A stretch of 64,000 bases of DNA from Candidatus Cloacimonadales bacterium (GTDB lineage Bacteria > Cloacimonadota > Cloacimonadia > Cloacimonadales > JAIOQZ01). The notes beneath the pieces are model-generated. The model saw nothing but the letters and a program-made list of their open reading frames with translations. It was not told where the DNA came from and made no database searches. Made by a program: the position numbers and the translations under genes. Below are positions 1 through 10,306 of the stretch, piece after piece (the first letter of the stretch is position 1; every line of letters begins with the position of its first letter). Where the stretch lies: assembly GCA_963665815.1 (NCBI GenBank), contig OY762463.1, forward strand, positions 3,680,001-3,744,000, in the 5' to 3' direction.

Positions 1-1523
1 AACAGGTAATCTGCGATTCTATCAAGAAAATATCTGTCATGAGAAACAATAAGAACACATCCTTTATAGGCATCAAGATAGTCTTCAAGGATTGCCAGAG
101 TCTGGATGTCCAGATCATTTGTAGGCTCATCAAGGATTAGAAAGTTAGAACCGAACATTAATGATTTAAGCAGGTATAGCCTTTTCTTTTCACCACCGGA
201 TAATGATCCGAGTTTATTCTGCTGCTTCGACAGATCGAACATGAATTTCTGTAGTACATCTCTGGCTGAATGCAATACTCCGTCTTTTGTTCTGATGTGA
301 TGAGCATCCTGCTCAATGTAGTCTATTACTTTCATGTTCTGATCGAAATCATCTACATTCTGCTTGAAATATGCAAAATGAGTGTTCAGCCCTTTTTTTA
401 TACTGCCTGTATCCGGCTTCTCATCACCGGTAAGCATTCTGAGCAGTGTTGTTTTCCCACAACCGTTTGCACCTATAATTCCTATTCTGTCATGCTTCTG
501 AAACAGGTATGAGAATTTGGAAACTAGTACTTTGTCATAGGATTTCGAAATATTATTGATCTCCAGAATTGTCTTCCCAAGTCTTTTGGTCTGAAAGGAG
601 ATTTCCAGCTCTTTGTCCTCGGTAAGATATGATTTATCAAGAAGTTCCTTGACTCTGTCAATATGGTTCTTGGGCTTGGATGTTCTTGCTCTGGCTCCTC
701 TCTGAAGCCATTTCATTTCTTTTTTCAGTTGTGCCTGTCTTCTTGTTTCCTTGCGTTCCAGATCAATCTGATGAAGTTCTTTTTGTTTGAGAAAGTACGA
801 GTAGTTGCCATAATAATGAAAAACGTTTCCGTTTTCAATTTCCATTATTCTATTACAGACATCATCAAGAAAATATCTATCATGTGTAACAAATACAAGA
901 GTACCTTTGTAATTTTTCATGAACTGCTGCAGCCATTCTATTGTATCAATGTCGAGGTGGTTGGTTGGCTCATCCATAATCAGCAGATCAGGATTATTCA
1001 TCAGAACCCTTGCCAGATCGATTCTTCTCTGCTCTCCTCCGGAAAGATTCACAGCTTTTCTCTCCGGATTATTTATCCCCAGTTTAGATAAGTATTGAAC
1101 TGCAAGCTGCTCAAAACTCCATGCATCAGCCGCTTCTATTTCTTCAACCATATCCTGCTGTTTGATGTAATATTCTTCTTCTCCGGTTTCCGCATAAAGG
1201 TTTGTCAAACGGTGATATTCTCTGAGAAGATTGAATTCTTTTGTGTCTGAATGATAAATCTGTTCAAAAATCGTTTTCTTTCGATCAATGATTGGAATCT
1301 GAGGTAAGTAGCCGATTTTTACATCATTTCTCAAAATGATTCTTCCATTGTTTACATGTTCTTCCCCAACAAGACATTTGATGAATGTCGATTTACCGCA
1401 TCCATTTGTTCCAATCAAACCTATTTTATCTCCTTCGTGTATTCCGAAAGAAACTTCGCTGAACAGGGGGGTATCTGTAAAAGCTTTAGAGAGTAAATCT
1501 ATTGATACAATTACGTTTTTCAT
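1..1523 (-). CDS. ABC-F family ATPase (Uup-like), 3' end outside the window
   Basis: Not in the ORF track. Manual translation from ATG at 1523 gives MKNVIVSIDLLSKAF... with two ABC cassettes (GTNGCGKST, LSGGE, IMDEPTNHLD, THDRYFLD; then GCGKTT, LSGGEKKR, LILDEPTNDLD, SHDRYFLD) and no TM segments. Confidence 0.92.
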   Translation of the reverse strand, partial: MKNVIVSIDLLSKAFTDTPLFSEVSFGIHEGDKIGLIGTNGCGKSTFIKCLVGEEHVNNGRIILRNDVKIGYLPQIPIIDRKKTIFEQIYHSDTKEFNLLREYHRLTNLYAETGEEEYYIKQQDMVEEIEAADAWSFEQLAVQYLSKLGINNPERKAVNLSGGEQRRIDLARVLMNNPDLLIMDEPTNHLDIDTIEWLQQFMKNYKGTLVFVTHDRYFLDDVCNRIMEIENGNVFHYYGNYSYFLKQKELHQIDLERKETRRQAQLKKEMKWLQRGARARTSKPKNHIDRVKELLDKSYLTEDKELEISFQTKRLGKTILEINNISKSYDKVLVSKFSYLFQKHDRIGIIGANGCGKTTLLRMLTGDEKPDTGSIKKGLNTHFAYFKQNVDDFDQNMKVIDYIEQDAHHIRTKDGVLHSARDVLQKFMFDLSKQQNKLGSLSGGEKKRLYLLKSLMFGSNFLILDEPTNDLDIQTLAILEDYLDAYKGCVLIVSHDRYFLDRIADYL

Positions 1524-1736
1524 AGCATTATTGAGATCCTTACATATCGTAAAATCAACAGACATTGAGATTTCTCATATAACTTTGAATATGCAAAGGT
1601 CTTATTCCTTAATAACAAGATACGAACATTTCTTATGCAGTACTTCATTTTTGCAAGAACTATTTACAAAAACTAAAAAAAAACTTTACTTGAATTGTGG
1701 AATCTGTAGAAAAGCAAAAAAAGATGGGAGAATAAA

Positions 1737-2483
1737 TTGATTTCAGATAAAGCAAATATCGGAAAGGATACAGAACTTGGTTATAACTGTATTATTCTTG
1801 ATGATGTCATTATTGGAGATAACTGTAAAATTGGTCATAATGTAGTTATTCATGAGGGGACTAAAATAGGTGATGGTGTACGAATTGACGATAATACTAT
1901 TATTGGAAAAACACCGATGTTTTCACCGAGAAGCATTTTTAAAACAGAGAAGAAGTTTGAACCTGCAGTGATAGGAGATGATTGTCTTATTGGTGCAAAT
2001 GTTGTTATTTACGTTCAATGTAAAATCGGAATGAAAAATCTGATAGCTGATCTTGCAACAATCAGAGAAAATGTAACTCTCGGAGACTTCAATATTGTTG
2101 GCAGAGGTGCAGCAATAGAAAACTTCTGTACAATCGGAAATAGAAATAAATTTGAAACAAACTCATATATTACTGCGTATTCTACTATAGAAGACTACTG
2201 TTTTGTAGCTCCCGGAACATGTACAAGTAACGATAACTACATGGGAAGAGATCCTGAAAGATATAAGCACTTTAAAGGGGTTACAATCAAAACAGGTGGA
2301 AGAATCGGGGTTAACGCAACAATTCTTCCCGGGAAAGTCATTGCAGAAGATACAATGATTGCAGGTGGTTCGGTAGTAACAAGAGATACAGAACCCGGTA
2401 AGATATATGCAGGAACTCCTGCAAGGCATTTTGGTGATGTGCCGGATGCTCAATTACTGAAAAATAACACAGATAAAAAATAA
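1737..2483 (+). CDS. Hexapeptide-repeat N-acetyltransferase (WbpD/DapH-like, nucleotide-sugar)
   Basis: Left-handed beta-helix repeats (IGDNCKIGHNVVI), C-terminal AGGSVVTRD...YAGTPAR. Confidence 0.85.
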   Translation: MISDKANIGKDTELGYNCIILDDVIIGDNCKIGHNVVIHEGTKIGDGVRIDDNTIIGKTPMFSPRSIFKTEKKFEPAVIGDDCLIGANVVIYVQCKIGMKNLIADLATIRENVTLGDFNIVGRGAAIENFCTIGNRNKFETNSYITAYSTIEDYCFVAPGTCTSNDNYMGRDPERYKHFKGVTIKTGGRIGVNATILPGKVIAEDTMIAGGSVVTRDTEPGKIYAGTPARHFGDVPDAQLLKNNTDKK

Positions 2484-2495
2484 CAGGAAGTTTTA

Positions 2496-3209
2496 ATGAA
2501 ACAGCTTGTAATAATACCTACTTACGATGAATCTGAAAATATTCGGGACTTGATAACAGTACTGATAAATCTGGATAATACTCTCGAAATACTGATAGTG
2601 GATGATAATTCACCGGATGGAACAGCAGAAATTGTTGAAGAAATGATGAAGGATATACATAGAATTCATATTCTTAAGAGAGCTGGTAAGCTAGGACTTG
2701 GTTCTGCCTATGTAGAAGGTTTCAAGTTTGCTATACAGAATAAATATGACATCATCTATCAGATGGATGCAGATTTTTCTCACGATCCAAAAGTAATTCT
2801 GGAAATGCAGAAAGAAATCAGGAAATATGATGTTGTTATAGGATCTCGCTATGTTTCGGGTATTAATGTTGTAAACTGGCCTATGAGCAGACTTATCCTC
2901 AGTTATGGTGCAGCCCAATATGTAAAGATTATTACCGGCATGTTTATTAACGATCCTACCGGTGGATTCAAATGTTTACGTCGAGAAGTTCTCGAGTCTA
3001 TTGATCTGGATAATATTGTTTCTGATGGATATTCATTCCAGATAGAGATGAACTTTAAAGCGTGGAATAAAGGTTTCAACATTAAAGAAATCCCCATTGT
3101 TTTTACTGACAGACGAAGTGGTGAATCTAAAATGTCCAAACGAATCATACACGAAGCTATTAAAGTTGTCTGGTTGTTAAAGTTCAGGCAGATTACAGGG
3201 CGACTATAG
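2496..3209 (+). CDS. Polyprenol monophosphomannose synthase-like GT2 glycosyltransferase
   Basis: IIPTYDE, VDDNSPDGT, KLGLGSAY, QMDADFSH, GYSFQIE motifs. Confidence 0.9.
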   Translation: MKQLVIIPTYDESENIRDLITVLINLDNTLEILIVDDNSPDGTAEIVEEMMKDIHRIHILKRAGKLGLGSAYVEGFKFAIQNKYDIIYQMDADFSHDPKVILEMQKEIRKYDVVIGSRYVSGINVVNWPMSRLILSYGAAQYVKIITGMFINDPTGGFKCLRREVLESIDLDNIVSDGYSFQIEMNFKAWNKGFNIKEIPIVFTDRRSGESKMSKRIIHEAIKVVWLLKFRQITGRL

Positions 3210-3214
3210 ATTTC

Positions 3215-4528
3215 ATGCAGAAAATCATAACGGATGTCAAAATTGACAAAGTTGTATTCAAAGGATATGGTTTAGGACACAGCTACGATAAAACTGTCTT
3301 TGTTCATAAAGCTCTGCCCGGCATGACTGTTGATGTGATAGTCCATAAGGAAACACGTTCAATTATTCAGGGCAGTGTGGATAAATATCATGATTCATTT
3401 GATCCTATATGCTCGTCTTATATAACTTGTGGTGGATGCGACTGGCTGCCGGCAGATTATGACAACCAGATTCAATGGAAATCTGGTATTCTCTCCGAAT
3501 TTTACAATGAACTGTTATATATACCTGTTGATGTAAAACAATCAGAGTCAATTTATCATTATAGAAATAAAACAATTTATCCACTGGGTACACAAAACGG
3601 TAAACCTGTTGCCGGAATGTTTGGAAAACGATCACATAAGATTGTAACACATTCTACATGTAAACTTCAGCCTGAGATTTTTGACCGGATAACAGATACT
3701 TTCCTTGAGTATCTCAATGCAACAAAGGGCGAGATTTACAATGAAAAAAATGCAAAAGGTATCTTTCGATTCATAGGTTTCAGATATTCGGAATATGAAA
3801 AGAAGGTTTTGGTTTTTATTGTTGTAAGAAAGAAGAAGATTCCCTTTACAAAGCAGCTTGTCCGTATGCTGACCTCTGAATTCCCTGAGATTAAGGGTAT
3901 TATTCTCAATATTAACAGGAATGACGGTAATACAATTCTTGGAGATGAAGAAAAACTGATTTTTGGATATCCTGATTTTTTTGAAGAGCTTGATAGCTTA
4001 AAGTTTAATGTCAACTATAAAGCTTTTTTCCAGGTGAACAAACAACAAGCTGAGAAGATGATTCAATATGCAAAGTCTTTTTTGAATAAGCAGGATCGTA
4101 TAATTGATGCTTATTGTGGAGCGGGAACATTCGGATTATGTGCTGCAGATTCGGTAGAATATGTACTGGGGCTGGAAGAAAACGAAGATGCTGTCAAAAA
4201 CGCTGTTGAGAATGCAGAATTTAATAATATATGCAATGCTGATTTTATTGCCTGTAAAGTTGAAAATGAAATTGAAAGCAGGATAAGTAAACATAATATT
4301 AATACATTGATTTTTGATCCACCGAGAAAAGGACTGGATACTAATTTTATCAGCGAGTCTATAATGAATAACATAAACAAAATTATATATGTCAGCTGTA
4401 ATCCTTCAACCCAGAAAAGAGATGTAGATTTGCTTACAGGAATTGGATTCAAACTGAAATCTCTTACAGGCTTTGATCTTTTTCCCCATACCTATCACAT
4501 TGAAAGCGTGGCAATCCTTGAAAAATAA
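3215..4528 (+). CDS. rlmD: 23S rRNA (uracil-C5)-methyltransferase RlmD/RumA family
   Basis: Fe-S Cys motif CxxxxxCGGC, FFQVN, DAYCGAG, DPPRKG, YVSCNP, DLFPHTYHIE. Confidence 0.9.
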   Translation: MQKIITDVKIDKVVFKGYGLGHSYDKTVFVHKALPGMTVDVIVHKETRSIIQGSVDKYHDSFDPICSSYITCGGCDWLPADYDNQIQWKSGILSEFYNELLYIPVDVKQSESIYHYRNKTIYPLGTQNGKPVAGMFGKRSHKIVTHSTCKLQPEIFDRITDTFLEYLNATKGEIYNEKNAKGIFRFIGFRYSEYEKKVLVFIVVRKKKIPFTKQLVRMLTSEFPEIKGIILNINRNDGNTILGDEEKLIFGYPDFFEELDSLKFNVNYKAFFQVNKQQAEKMIQYAKSFLNKQDRIIDAYCGAGTFGLCAADSVEYVLGLEENEDAVKNAVENAEFNNICNADFIACKVENEIESRISKHNINTLIFDPPRKGLDTNFISESIMNNINKIIYVSCNPSTQKRDVDLLTGIGFKLKSLTGFDLFPHTYHIESVAILEK

Positions 4529-4961
4529 AATATTACTTATACTATTATCGATTCTGCTGTTAGCCGGTTGTAGAGATTTATCTACAAAATCAGAAGTCGC
4601 AGAATCTGATATTACAGATATTCTTGATAAACTGAAAATTTCTTTCCGGAATGATGAAATAAGTGATTTCATGGATTGTTTTTTTTCAGATTATCTTCAT
4701 AATGGTGATACCACAGAAAATCTTGAAATTGTCTGGTCATCAAGAATGATCAACTACAATGAGCTTGAATTCAATGATGTTGAGGTTGATATTCAGGATG
4801 AATATGCTGTAGCATACTTTACAATGAAACTGACTGCAGAAAACTCCAGTATTACTTTTGATGAACCGTATGATGAAGGATTACTCTCCTTTTTTCACAA
4901 AAGCGGTGGAGTTTGGAAACTGCATGGGAACAGGGAAGACATCGGGAGAAATGATGAATAA
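4518..4961 (+). CDS. Lipoprotein, NTF2/SnoaL-like fold
   Basis: TTG start overlapping the rlmD end; lipobox LLAGC; C-terminal F-x-K-x-G-G-x-W-K typical of NTF2-like proteins. Confidence 0.65.
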   Translation: MKNKILLILLSILLLAGCRDLSTKSEVAESDITDILDKLKISFRNDEISDFMDCFFSDYLHNGDTTENLEIVWSSRMINYNELEFNDVEVDIQDEYAVAYFTMKLTAENSSITFDEPYDEGLLSFFHKSGGVWKLHGNREDIGRNDE

Positions 4962-5571
4962 TAAATCTGAAATAATATATTGGCTTAACAGGTGTTATAA
5001 CAAAGAATATACAACAATATCCGGAGGAAATCTCAGTTGTTTGAGTGATGACAGAATTTTCTGTACTCCTACCGGAAAGGATAAAGGTAATCTCTCAGAA
5101 AAAGATATTGCTGTAATATCATTCAATGATATGAGACCCGAAAATGAGAATAATCCAACCATGGAAATCAATATGCACAAGGCAATATACACTGTAAGAA
5201 ACGATGTTAAATACATTATGCATATTCACCCGACATATTGTTCCATGTTTAGTGCCTTGAAACGCAGAATCAGAACTGATATCATGTCTGAAAGCTATAT
5301 TGTTCTTCCGGAAGTAGGTTATGTGAATTACAGCATGCCATCGACAAAGAAGCTTGCTGAGGATGCAGCGGAAGCTCTGAAGACGACAGATGCTGTTATT
5401 CTGAGAAACCATGGGATTATCACAGTGGGGAAAAGCTTTCGAGAGTGTTTTACCAAAGCTGAAGTACTCGAACATTCAGCAAAAATCCAGTATCTTCTTC
5501 ATGATAGTAAAGATATTCGATACTTGACCGATAATGAAAAGAAAGAAATAGAATCTAATTTTCATTCATAA
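4951..5571 (+). CDS. Class II aldolase/adducin family protein
   Basis: SGGNLS, TPTG, ExxMH, HIHP, LRNHG; start moved to the ATG after a GGGAG RBS. Confidence 0.88.
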   Translation: MMNNKSEIIYWLNRCYNKEYTTISGGNLSCLSDDRIFCTPTGKDKGNLSEKDIAVISFNDMRPENENNPTMEINMHKAIYTVRNDVKYIMHIHPTYCSMFSALKRRIRTDIMSESYIVLPEVGYVNYSMPSTKKLAEDAAEALKTTDAVILRNHGIITVGKSFRECFTKAEVLEHSAKIQYLLHDSKDIRYLTDNEKKEIESNFHS

Positions 5572-5583
5572 TGGAGAGAGTAA

Positions 5584-6129
5584 ATGCCTTTTATATTCAA
5601 TGACCTGGAGATACCTGACGTAAAACTGATTGATGTTAAAGTTTTTGGAGATGACAGAGGTAAGTTCTTTGAATCTTATAAAAAAACAGATTTCCTGAAA
5701 AATAACATTCCTTATGATTTTGTGCAGGACAACATTTCTTATTCTGTTAAGAATGTGCTTCGTGGACTTCATTTTCAGAAACCACCATATGAACAGGGTA
5801 AGCTTATTCATGTGTTAAAAGGTGAAATTTTTGATGTTGCTGTGGATGTAAGGAAATCTTCTCCGACTTTTGGAGAATGGATTTCTGTCAGATTAAGTGA
5901 GGATAAGAAACAGCTTTTATTTATCCCTCCCGGATTTGCACATGGTTTTTGTGTGTTGTCAGAAGAAGTTGTTTTCCAGTATAAAGTTACATCAGAATAT
6001 AATCCTGCGGCTGAATCAGGTATTATCTGGGATGATAAAAAACTGAACGTAAACTGGCCTGTTAAACAGCCATTACTGTCTGATAAGGATAAGATTTTAC
6101 CAACATTTGACATTGTAAACTTTAAGTAA
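5584..6129 (+). CDS. rfbC: dTDP-4-dehydrorhamnose 3,5-epimerase
   Basis: DDRGKFFE, QDNIS, VLRGLHFQ, DVAVDVRKSSPTFG, GFAHGF. Confidence 0.95.
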   Translation: MPFIFNDLEIPDVKLIDVKVFGDDRGKFFESYKKTDFLKNNIPYDFVQDNISYSVKNVLRGLHFQKPPYEQGKLIHVLKGEIFDVAVDVRKSSPTFGEWISVRLSEDKKQLLFIPPGFAHGFCVLSEEVVFQYKVTSEYNPAAESGIIWDDKKLNVNWPVKQPLLSDKDKILPTFDIVNFK

Positions 6130-6158
6130 TATTAAAAAACTTTGACTATTTGATCCTT

Positions 6159-6174
6159 TGGAACATTTTTTGCA
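6159..6174 (+). promoter_or_regulatory. Putative sigma-54 (-24/-12) promoter of the C25 peptidase gene
   Basis: TGGAACATTTTTTGCA vs consensus TGGCAC-N5-TTGCW, with exact GG-N10-GC spacing, ~30 nt before the start codon. Confidence 0.6.
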
Positions 6175-6206
6175 CTTGAGAAATCAATATTCTATCCGGA
6201 GGAAAA

Positions 6207-9200
6207 ATGCCTAAGTACTTAGTTTTAATAATAGTTTTAATACCTCTAATGCTTTCGGCCGATCTTCATATGAGTTATGAAGTACCCAAGGCTGAAATTG
6301 GAACCAACTCAAACGGGAAAATCCAGATAAATGATTTACCAACTCTTTATCGTCCCGGGAATCCACATATAAAGTATTATCCGGTATCCCTTTTGCTGGA
6401 ACCGGGATCAGTTGTAGATGACATTTCAATTGAATTTGACGGAAGAGCAGCTTCAGATATTGAGCTTTCTTATGTATTGAATCACACAGCTCTTTCTGCT
6501 GATCAGATTGTTCCTACAGAAAAGAACATGCAGATATACAGTGAGAATGAAATGTATCCGATACAGGAATTCAAGTCTTTCAATGTTCAACAGAAAAATG
6601 GTATGCGAATTTTGAATATTCATGTATACCCTTACCACTACAATCCTGTACAAAAAGAATTAACATCGTTCAGCAAGTTTACAGTAAATGTCAAAACAAG
6701 TTACAATTCAAATGTTTATAGTAATCAGATGCGATTACTGTTTATGGATGATAAAACAAAATCAGTTGTAAGAGAAATTATTGATAATGATTCGGCAATA
6801 TCAAAGTATGAATCAGTTTACAATAATCCTCCTTCCAGATCAGAAAAGATCCTGTTTGTATCAGGTCAAAGCCTCCAGCCTGCATTTACTTCCTACATGC
6901 AGTGGAAACAGGAGAATGGATTCGATACGGATTTCATCTCTGTTGAAGATATATATGCAACTACTGCCGGTTCAACAAATCAGCAGAAGATACGTAATTA
7001 TCTTTCAAATTACTATCAGCAGTCAATTCAATCTGCTTCTCCACTGAGATACGTAATTCTTGGAGGAGATATTCATATTGTACCTGTTCAGGGAACATAC
7101 GGCAGAGTTGGAGACACAAGAGATAACGGCATTCCTAATGACTCTTATTACACCAATATTGATGGTGACTGGAATGCTGATGGCGATAATGTAATTGGGC
7201 ATCCTAACGATCAGCCTGATTTATATTCAGAATTTTACATTGGAAGATTACCGGGAGATAATGCTCAACACTTCCAGAATTCTTTCAGCAAAATCATGTA
7301 TTATGATGAATCAATTATTTACACAGACGATGTAGTTTATCTTGTGGGTGAATTATTGAACCCTAATCCACTTACTTACGGCGGATCATACTGCGATGAT
7401 GTACAGACTCACATGCCTCAGAATTTCCAGTACTGGACTCTTTATGATAGAGAAAATACATTCAGTTCAGGAGCTGTTCATGAAGCCATCAACGGCGGAC
7501 TCGGAATAGTAAATCATATGGGACACTCCAATGAAACAATGGTCTGTGGTTTGAATACTGGCAATTACATGAATCTTGAAAATGATAAGTATGGTGTATT
7601 GTATTCACAGGGGTGTTACCCAATGGCACTTGATTATGCGCTCGGTGAATGTATTGGAGAGCAGATGATAAACTCATCAGTGAGTTTCTTTTCATTTGTT
7701 GGCAATACAAGATATGGATGGTACATGCCTGGGAGCGTTGAAGGTGCATCTCAACAGTTTAACAGAACGTTCTATCAGGCTGCATATAACACAGCAACAA
7801 GAACTCTTGGGGCAGCAAATGCAACCTCTAAGGAAATGCTTGTTAATGAGGTAATGAATAATTCCGTTCTCAGATGGTGTTATTATGAACTTACATTGTT
7901 TGGAGATCCTTCTATAACTTTAAAAGCTCCATACAATATGTTCCCTTATATAAATCTTGAAGATTATACAGTTTCTGATGAAAACATGGGTGATAACGAT
8001 TCCATAGTAAATCCGGGAGAATCGGTTGAACTTACAATGGAAATTGTGAATCTGCCTGGCTGGAATGATGCAGAGGATATATCAGTTGTTTTGAGACCTG
8101 AAGGAACAGGATTATCTTTCAGTGTAGATTCTCTTTACTGGGCAAATCTTTCAGTCGGACAAACTGTTTCTAACACTAATCCTATCGTACTGACTGTTGC
8201 AGATTCAGTTAAATCAGGAAAAGTTCTGATACCTGTTACAATATCTGCACGTTCAAGCAATGGACTGTTTGAAAAAGATTATGAAATGGAAATGCAGGTT
8301 TCAATGGCTCAGGCTGACTGGCCTTATGTTAACAGCACTTTGCATACAAATGTTGCAGGTACTGCCAACTATAATGGAGAGGAAAATCTTATTCTCTTTG
8401 GAAGATCAGGTAAATTGACAGTTCTCAATCAGGGAGACAGTTTCCTGAATCAGGCAGTATCTCATGAAGCTATTATAAATAATGAATTATATTCTAATCC
8501 GGCAATTGCAGATTTCGATAATGATGGTACAGACGAAATTGTAACTGTGTCATTAAACGGAGAAGTAAATATTATTAACAGTAATGGAGATTCCCTTTAT
8601 TACAGAGAAATTAACGAATATGTAACAAGTAATCCTGTAATCTACGATTTTGATAATGATGGGGATCTTGACATACTTGTAATAGATATATACTCAAATG
8701 CTGTGATATTTGATTATCAGGGCAATGTTGTTTCTAATCAGATTAATGTTGGAGTTCCATGTTACCCTAATCCATCTGTGGCGGATCTTGATGATGATAA
8801 TATACCAGAAATAGTATTCTGTACTATAGATTCTACATTGCATGCTCTGAATTATCAGGGAGTATACGCCGCAGGATTCCCGGTTAAAATGACAAATAGA
8901 CCGATGAAAGAAACACTGATTACACCTTATAAGGAAATCATTACAGTTGATGCTGCCGGAAACATTAACTATTATGATAATATGGGAAATGTTCTGAGAA
9001 CAGCATCACCTGGTGAAGCTCTTGAGTCAAACGTTATTCTTACAGATTTCAATGGTGATAATTATTATGAAACCTGTTTTGTGAGTGAAAGCAATGTGAT
9101 GTATGTTTTGAATTCTGATGGTTCCAATTTCATGAACTGGCCTGTACAGCTTCCTGATAGACCTGTATTCGATCCTGTAACGGCAGATATTAATGATGAT

Positions 9201-9788
9201 GGCTTACCTGAAGTAATAGTTTCCCTTGATAATAAGGAAATCAGAATTTTCAGTCAGGATAGTTCCGAACTTAATGTATCTCCAATACTCACCGGAGAAG
9301 ATGCGAAATCACCTGTATTCATGCATGATGTTGACGAGGATGATGATCTGGAATTCTTTATTGGATTTGATGCCGGTATTATGGCAATAGATTATAAAGA
9401 ACAGAGCGGCAGTCTTAACTACTGGATGCACCCGAGATGCAATCAACAGAGAACCGGATCACTTTACGGTGTAATGCCGGTAGGCAATGAACCAAATAAT
9501 GTTAACAAATTTACCAATACTGTGAACTTACCTTATCCTAATCCGTTTAATCCTGAAACTGAAATATCTTACAGTCTTAGTGAAGAACAGAAAGTGAATA
9601 TCAGTGTATACAATATTAAGGGACAGAAAGTAAAAACTCTGACAGAAAAAGTTCAGGATCAGGGAGAACACTCAATTACATGGCATGGAAAAGATGATCA
9701 TGGGAAAGATGTATCATCCGGAGTTTATTTCTTCAAACTTAATATTGGTAAAGAAAAGTTCTATCGAAAAGCAGTTCTCTTAAAGTAA
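6207..9788 (+). CDS. Secreted C25 (gingipain-family) cysteine peptidase with propeptide, FG-GAP/VCBS repeats and C-terminal FlgD-Ig/T9SS-like sorting domain
   Basis: Signal peptide; YVILGGD, IGRLP, catalytic NHMGHS and SQGCY, LFGDP; DFDNDG repeats; YPNPFNP...SGVYFF...KAVLLK. Confidence 0.88.
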   Translation: MPKYLVLIIVLIPLMLSADLHMSYEVPKAEIGTNSNGKIQINDLPTLYRPGNPHIKYYPVSLLLEPGSVVDDISIEFDGRAASDIELSYVLNHTALSADQIVPTEKNMQIYSENEMYPIQEFKSFNVQQKNGMRILNIHVYPYHYNPVQKELTSFSKFTVNVKTSYNSNVYSNQMRLLFMDDKTKSVVREIIDNDSAISKYESVYNNPPSRSEKILFVSGQSLQPAFTSYMQWKQENGFDTDFISVEDIYATTAGSTNQQKIRNYLSNYYQQSIQSASPLRYVILGGDIHIVPVQGTYGRVGDTRDNGIPNDSYYTNIDGDWNADGDNVIGHPNDQPDLYSEFYIGRLPGDNAQHFQNSFSKIMYYDESIIYTDDVVYLVGELLNPNPLTYGGSYCDDVQTHMPQNFQYWTLYDRENTFSSGAVHEAINGGLGIVNHMGHSNETMVCGLNTGNYMNLENDKYGVLYSQGCYPMALDYALGECIGEQMINSSVSFFSFVGNTRYGWYMPGSVEGASQQFNRTFYQAAYNTATRTLGAANATSKEMLVNEVMNNSVLRWCYYELTLFGDPSITLKAPYNMFPYINLEDYTVSDENMGDNDSIVNPGESVELTMEIVNLPGWNDAEDISVVLRPEGTGLSFSVDSLYWANLSVGQTVSNTNPIVLTVADSVKSGKVLIPVTISARSSNGLFEKDYEMEMQVSMAQADWPYVNSTLHTNVAGTANYNGEENLILFGRSGKLTVLNQGDSFLNQAVSHEAIINNELYSNPAIADFDNDGTDEIVTVSLNGEVNIINSNGDSLYYREINEYVTSNPVIYDFDNDGDLDILVIDIYSNAVIFDYQGNVVSNQINVGVPCYPNPSVADLDDDNIPEIVFCTIDSTLHALNYQGVYAAGFPVKMTNRPMKETLITPYKEIITVDAAGNINYYDNMGNVLRTASPGEALESNVILTDFNGDNYYETCFVSESNVMYVLNSDGSNFMNWPVQLPDRPVFDPVTADINDDGLPEVIVSLDNKEIRIFSQDSSELNVSPILTGEDAKSPVFMHDVDEDDDLEFFIGFDAGIMAIDYKEQSGSLNYWMHPRCNQQRTGSLYGVMPVGNEPNNVNKFTNTVNLPYPNPFNPETEISYSLSEEQKVNISVYNIKGQKVKTLTEKVQDQGEHSITWHGKDDHGKDVSSGVYFFKLNIGKEKFYRKAVLLK

Positions 9789-9814
9789 TATTTGCAAGCT
9801 AACATCATATAAAC

Positions 9815-9849
9815 AAGACTGTTGATGATTTCAGCAGTCTTTTTCTTTT
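9815..9849 (+). terminator. Intrinsic terminator
   Basis: AAGACTGTTGA/TCAGCAGTCTT stem followed by a T-rich tract. Confidence 0.8.
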
Positions 9850-9931
9850 ATACAACTATTAAAACTCTCATTTCAACGATACTCAAGTCTTGTGAAATTT
9901 TGATTCAGAAAATATTCTTCTTTAAAGATTT

Positions 9932-9947
9932 TGGAACAATTAATGCT
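9932..9947 (+). promoter_or_regulatory. Putative sigma-54 promoter of the 1577-aa secreted protein gene
   Basis: TGGAACAATTAATGCT, GG-N10-GC spacing, same TTTGGAACA -24 box as at 6159. Confidence 0.5.
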
Positions 9948-10019
9948 ATTTTAACGGTGTTGGGAAATTTAAATTAAAAAAGTGTATTTAAGAGATTTTA
10001 ATTACAGCATTGAGTAGTT

Positions 10020-10278
10020 GGAGCGAAAAGTATGGATTCAAGCTTTCAGATTTTGATGTTTTATGTATTCACCACTTTTGCACCTCCGTTGTGTGTTCAA
10101 TCTAAACAGTATATTTGTGAGACAGGTTTACAAAAAAAAATGCGATTACAATAAAAAAATAGTTACTTCTCGTAAACTAATCACAAATTACATATACTGT
10201 TGTGCTTGAAAAGCACATCTCTGCTCGTGTATTGTTTGCAGTACATTGGCTACTGTAGGCAATTCTGCAATCGGTACA
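10020..10278 (+). promoter_or_regulatory. Structured 5' leader with three long imperfect hairpins
   Basis: H1 10020-10087 (GGAG..AAAAGT..TGGAT / ATTCA..ACTTTT..CTCC); H2 10113-10188 (ATTTGTGA..GGTTTAC / GTAAACT..TCACAAAT); H3 10228-10278 (TGTATTGTTTGCAG / CTGCAATCGGTACA). Confidence 0.5.
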
Positions 10279-10306
10279 GCATGCTGACTACTTAAGGAGG
10301 ATAAGA

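Noticed and set aside
106..1740. Plus-strand ORFs 106-300, 270-512, 663-1091 and 1336-1740
   Set aside because: Antisense shadows of the minus-strand ABC-F gene; the same applies to the many short antisense or alternate-frame ORFs inside other genes.
10220..10229. TCTGCTCGTG shared with 34368-34377, each at the start of an intergenic hairpin
   Set aside because: A 10-nt match is expected by chance in 64 kb, and the rest does not align.
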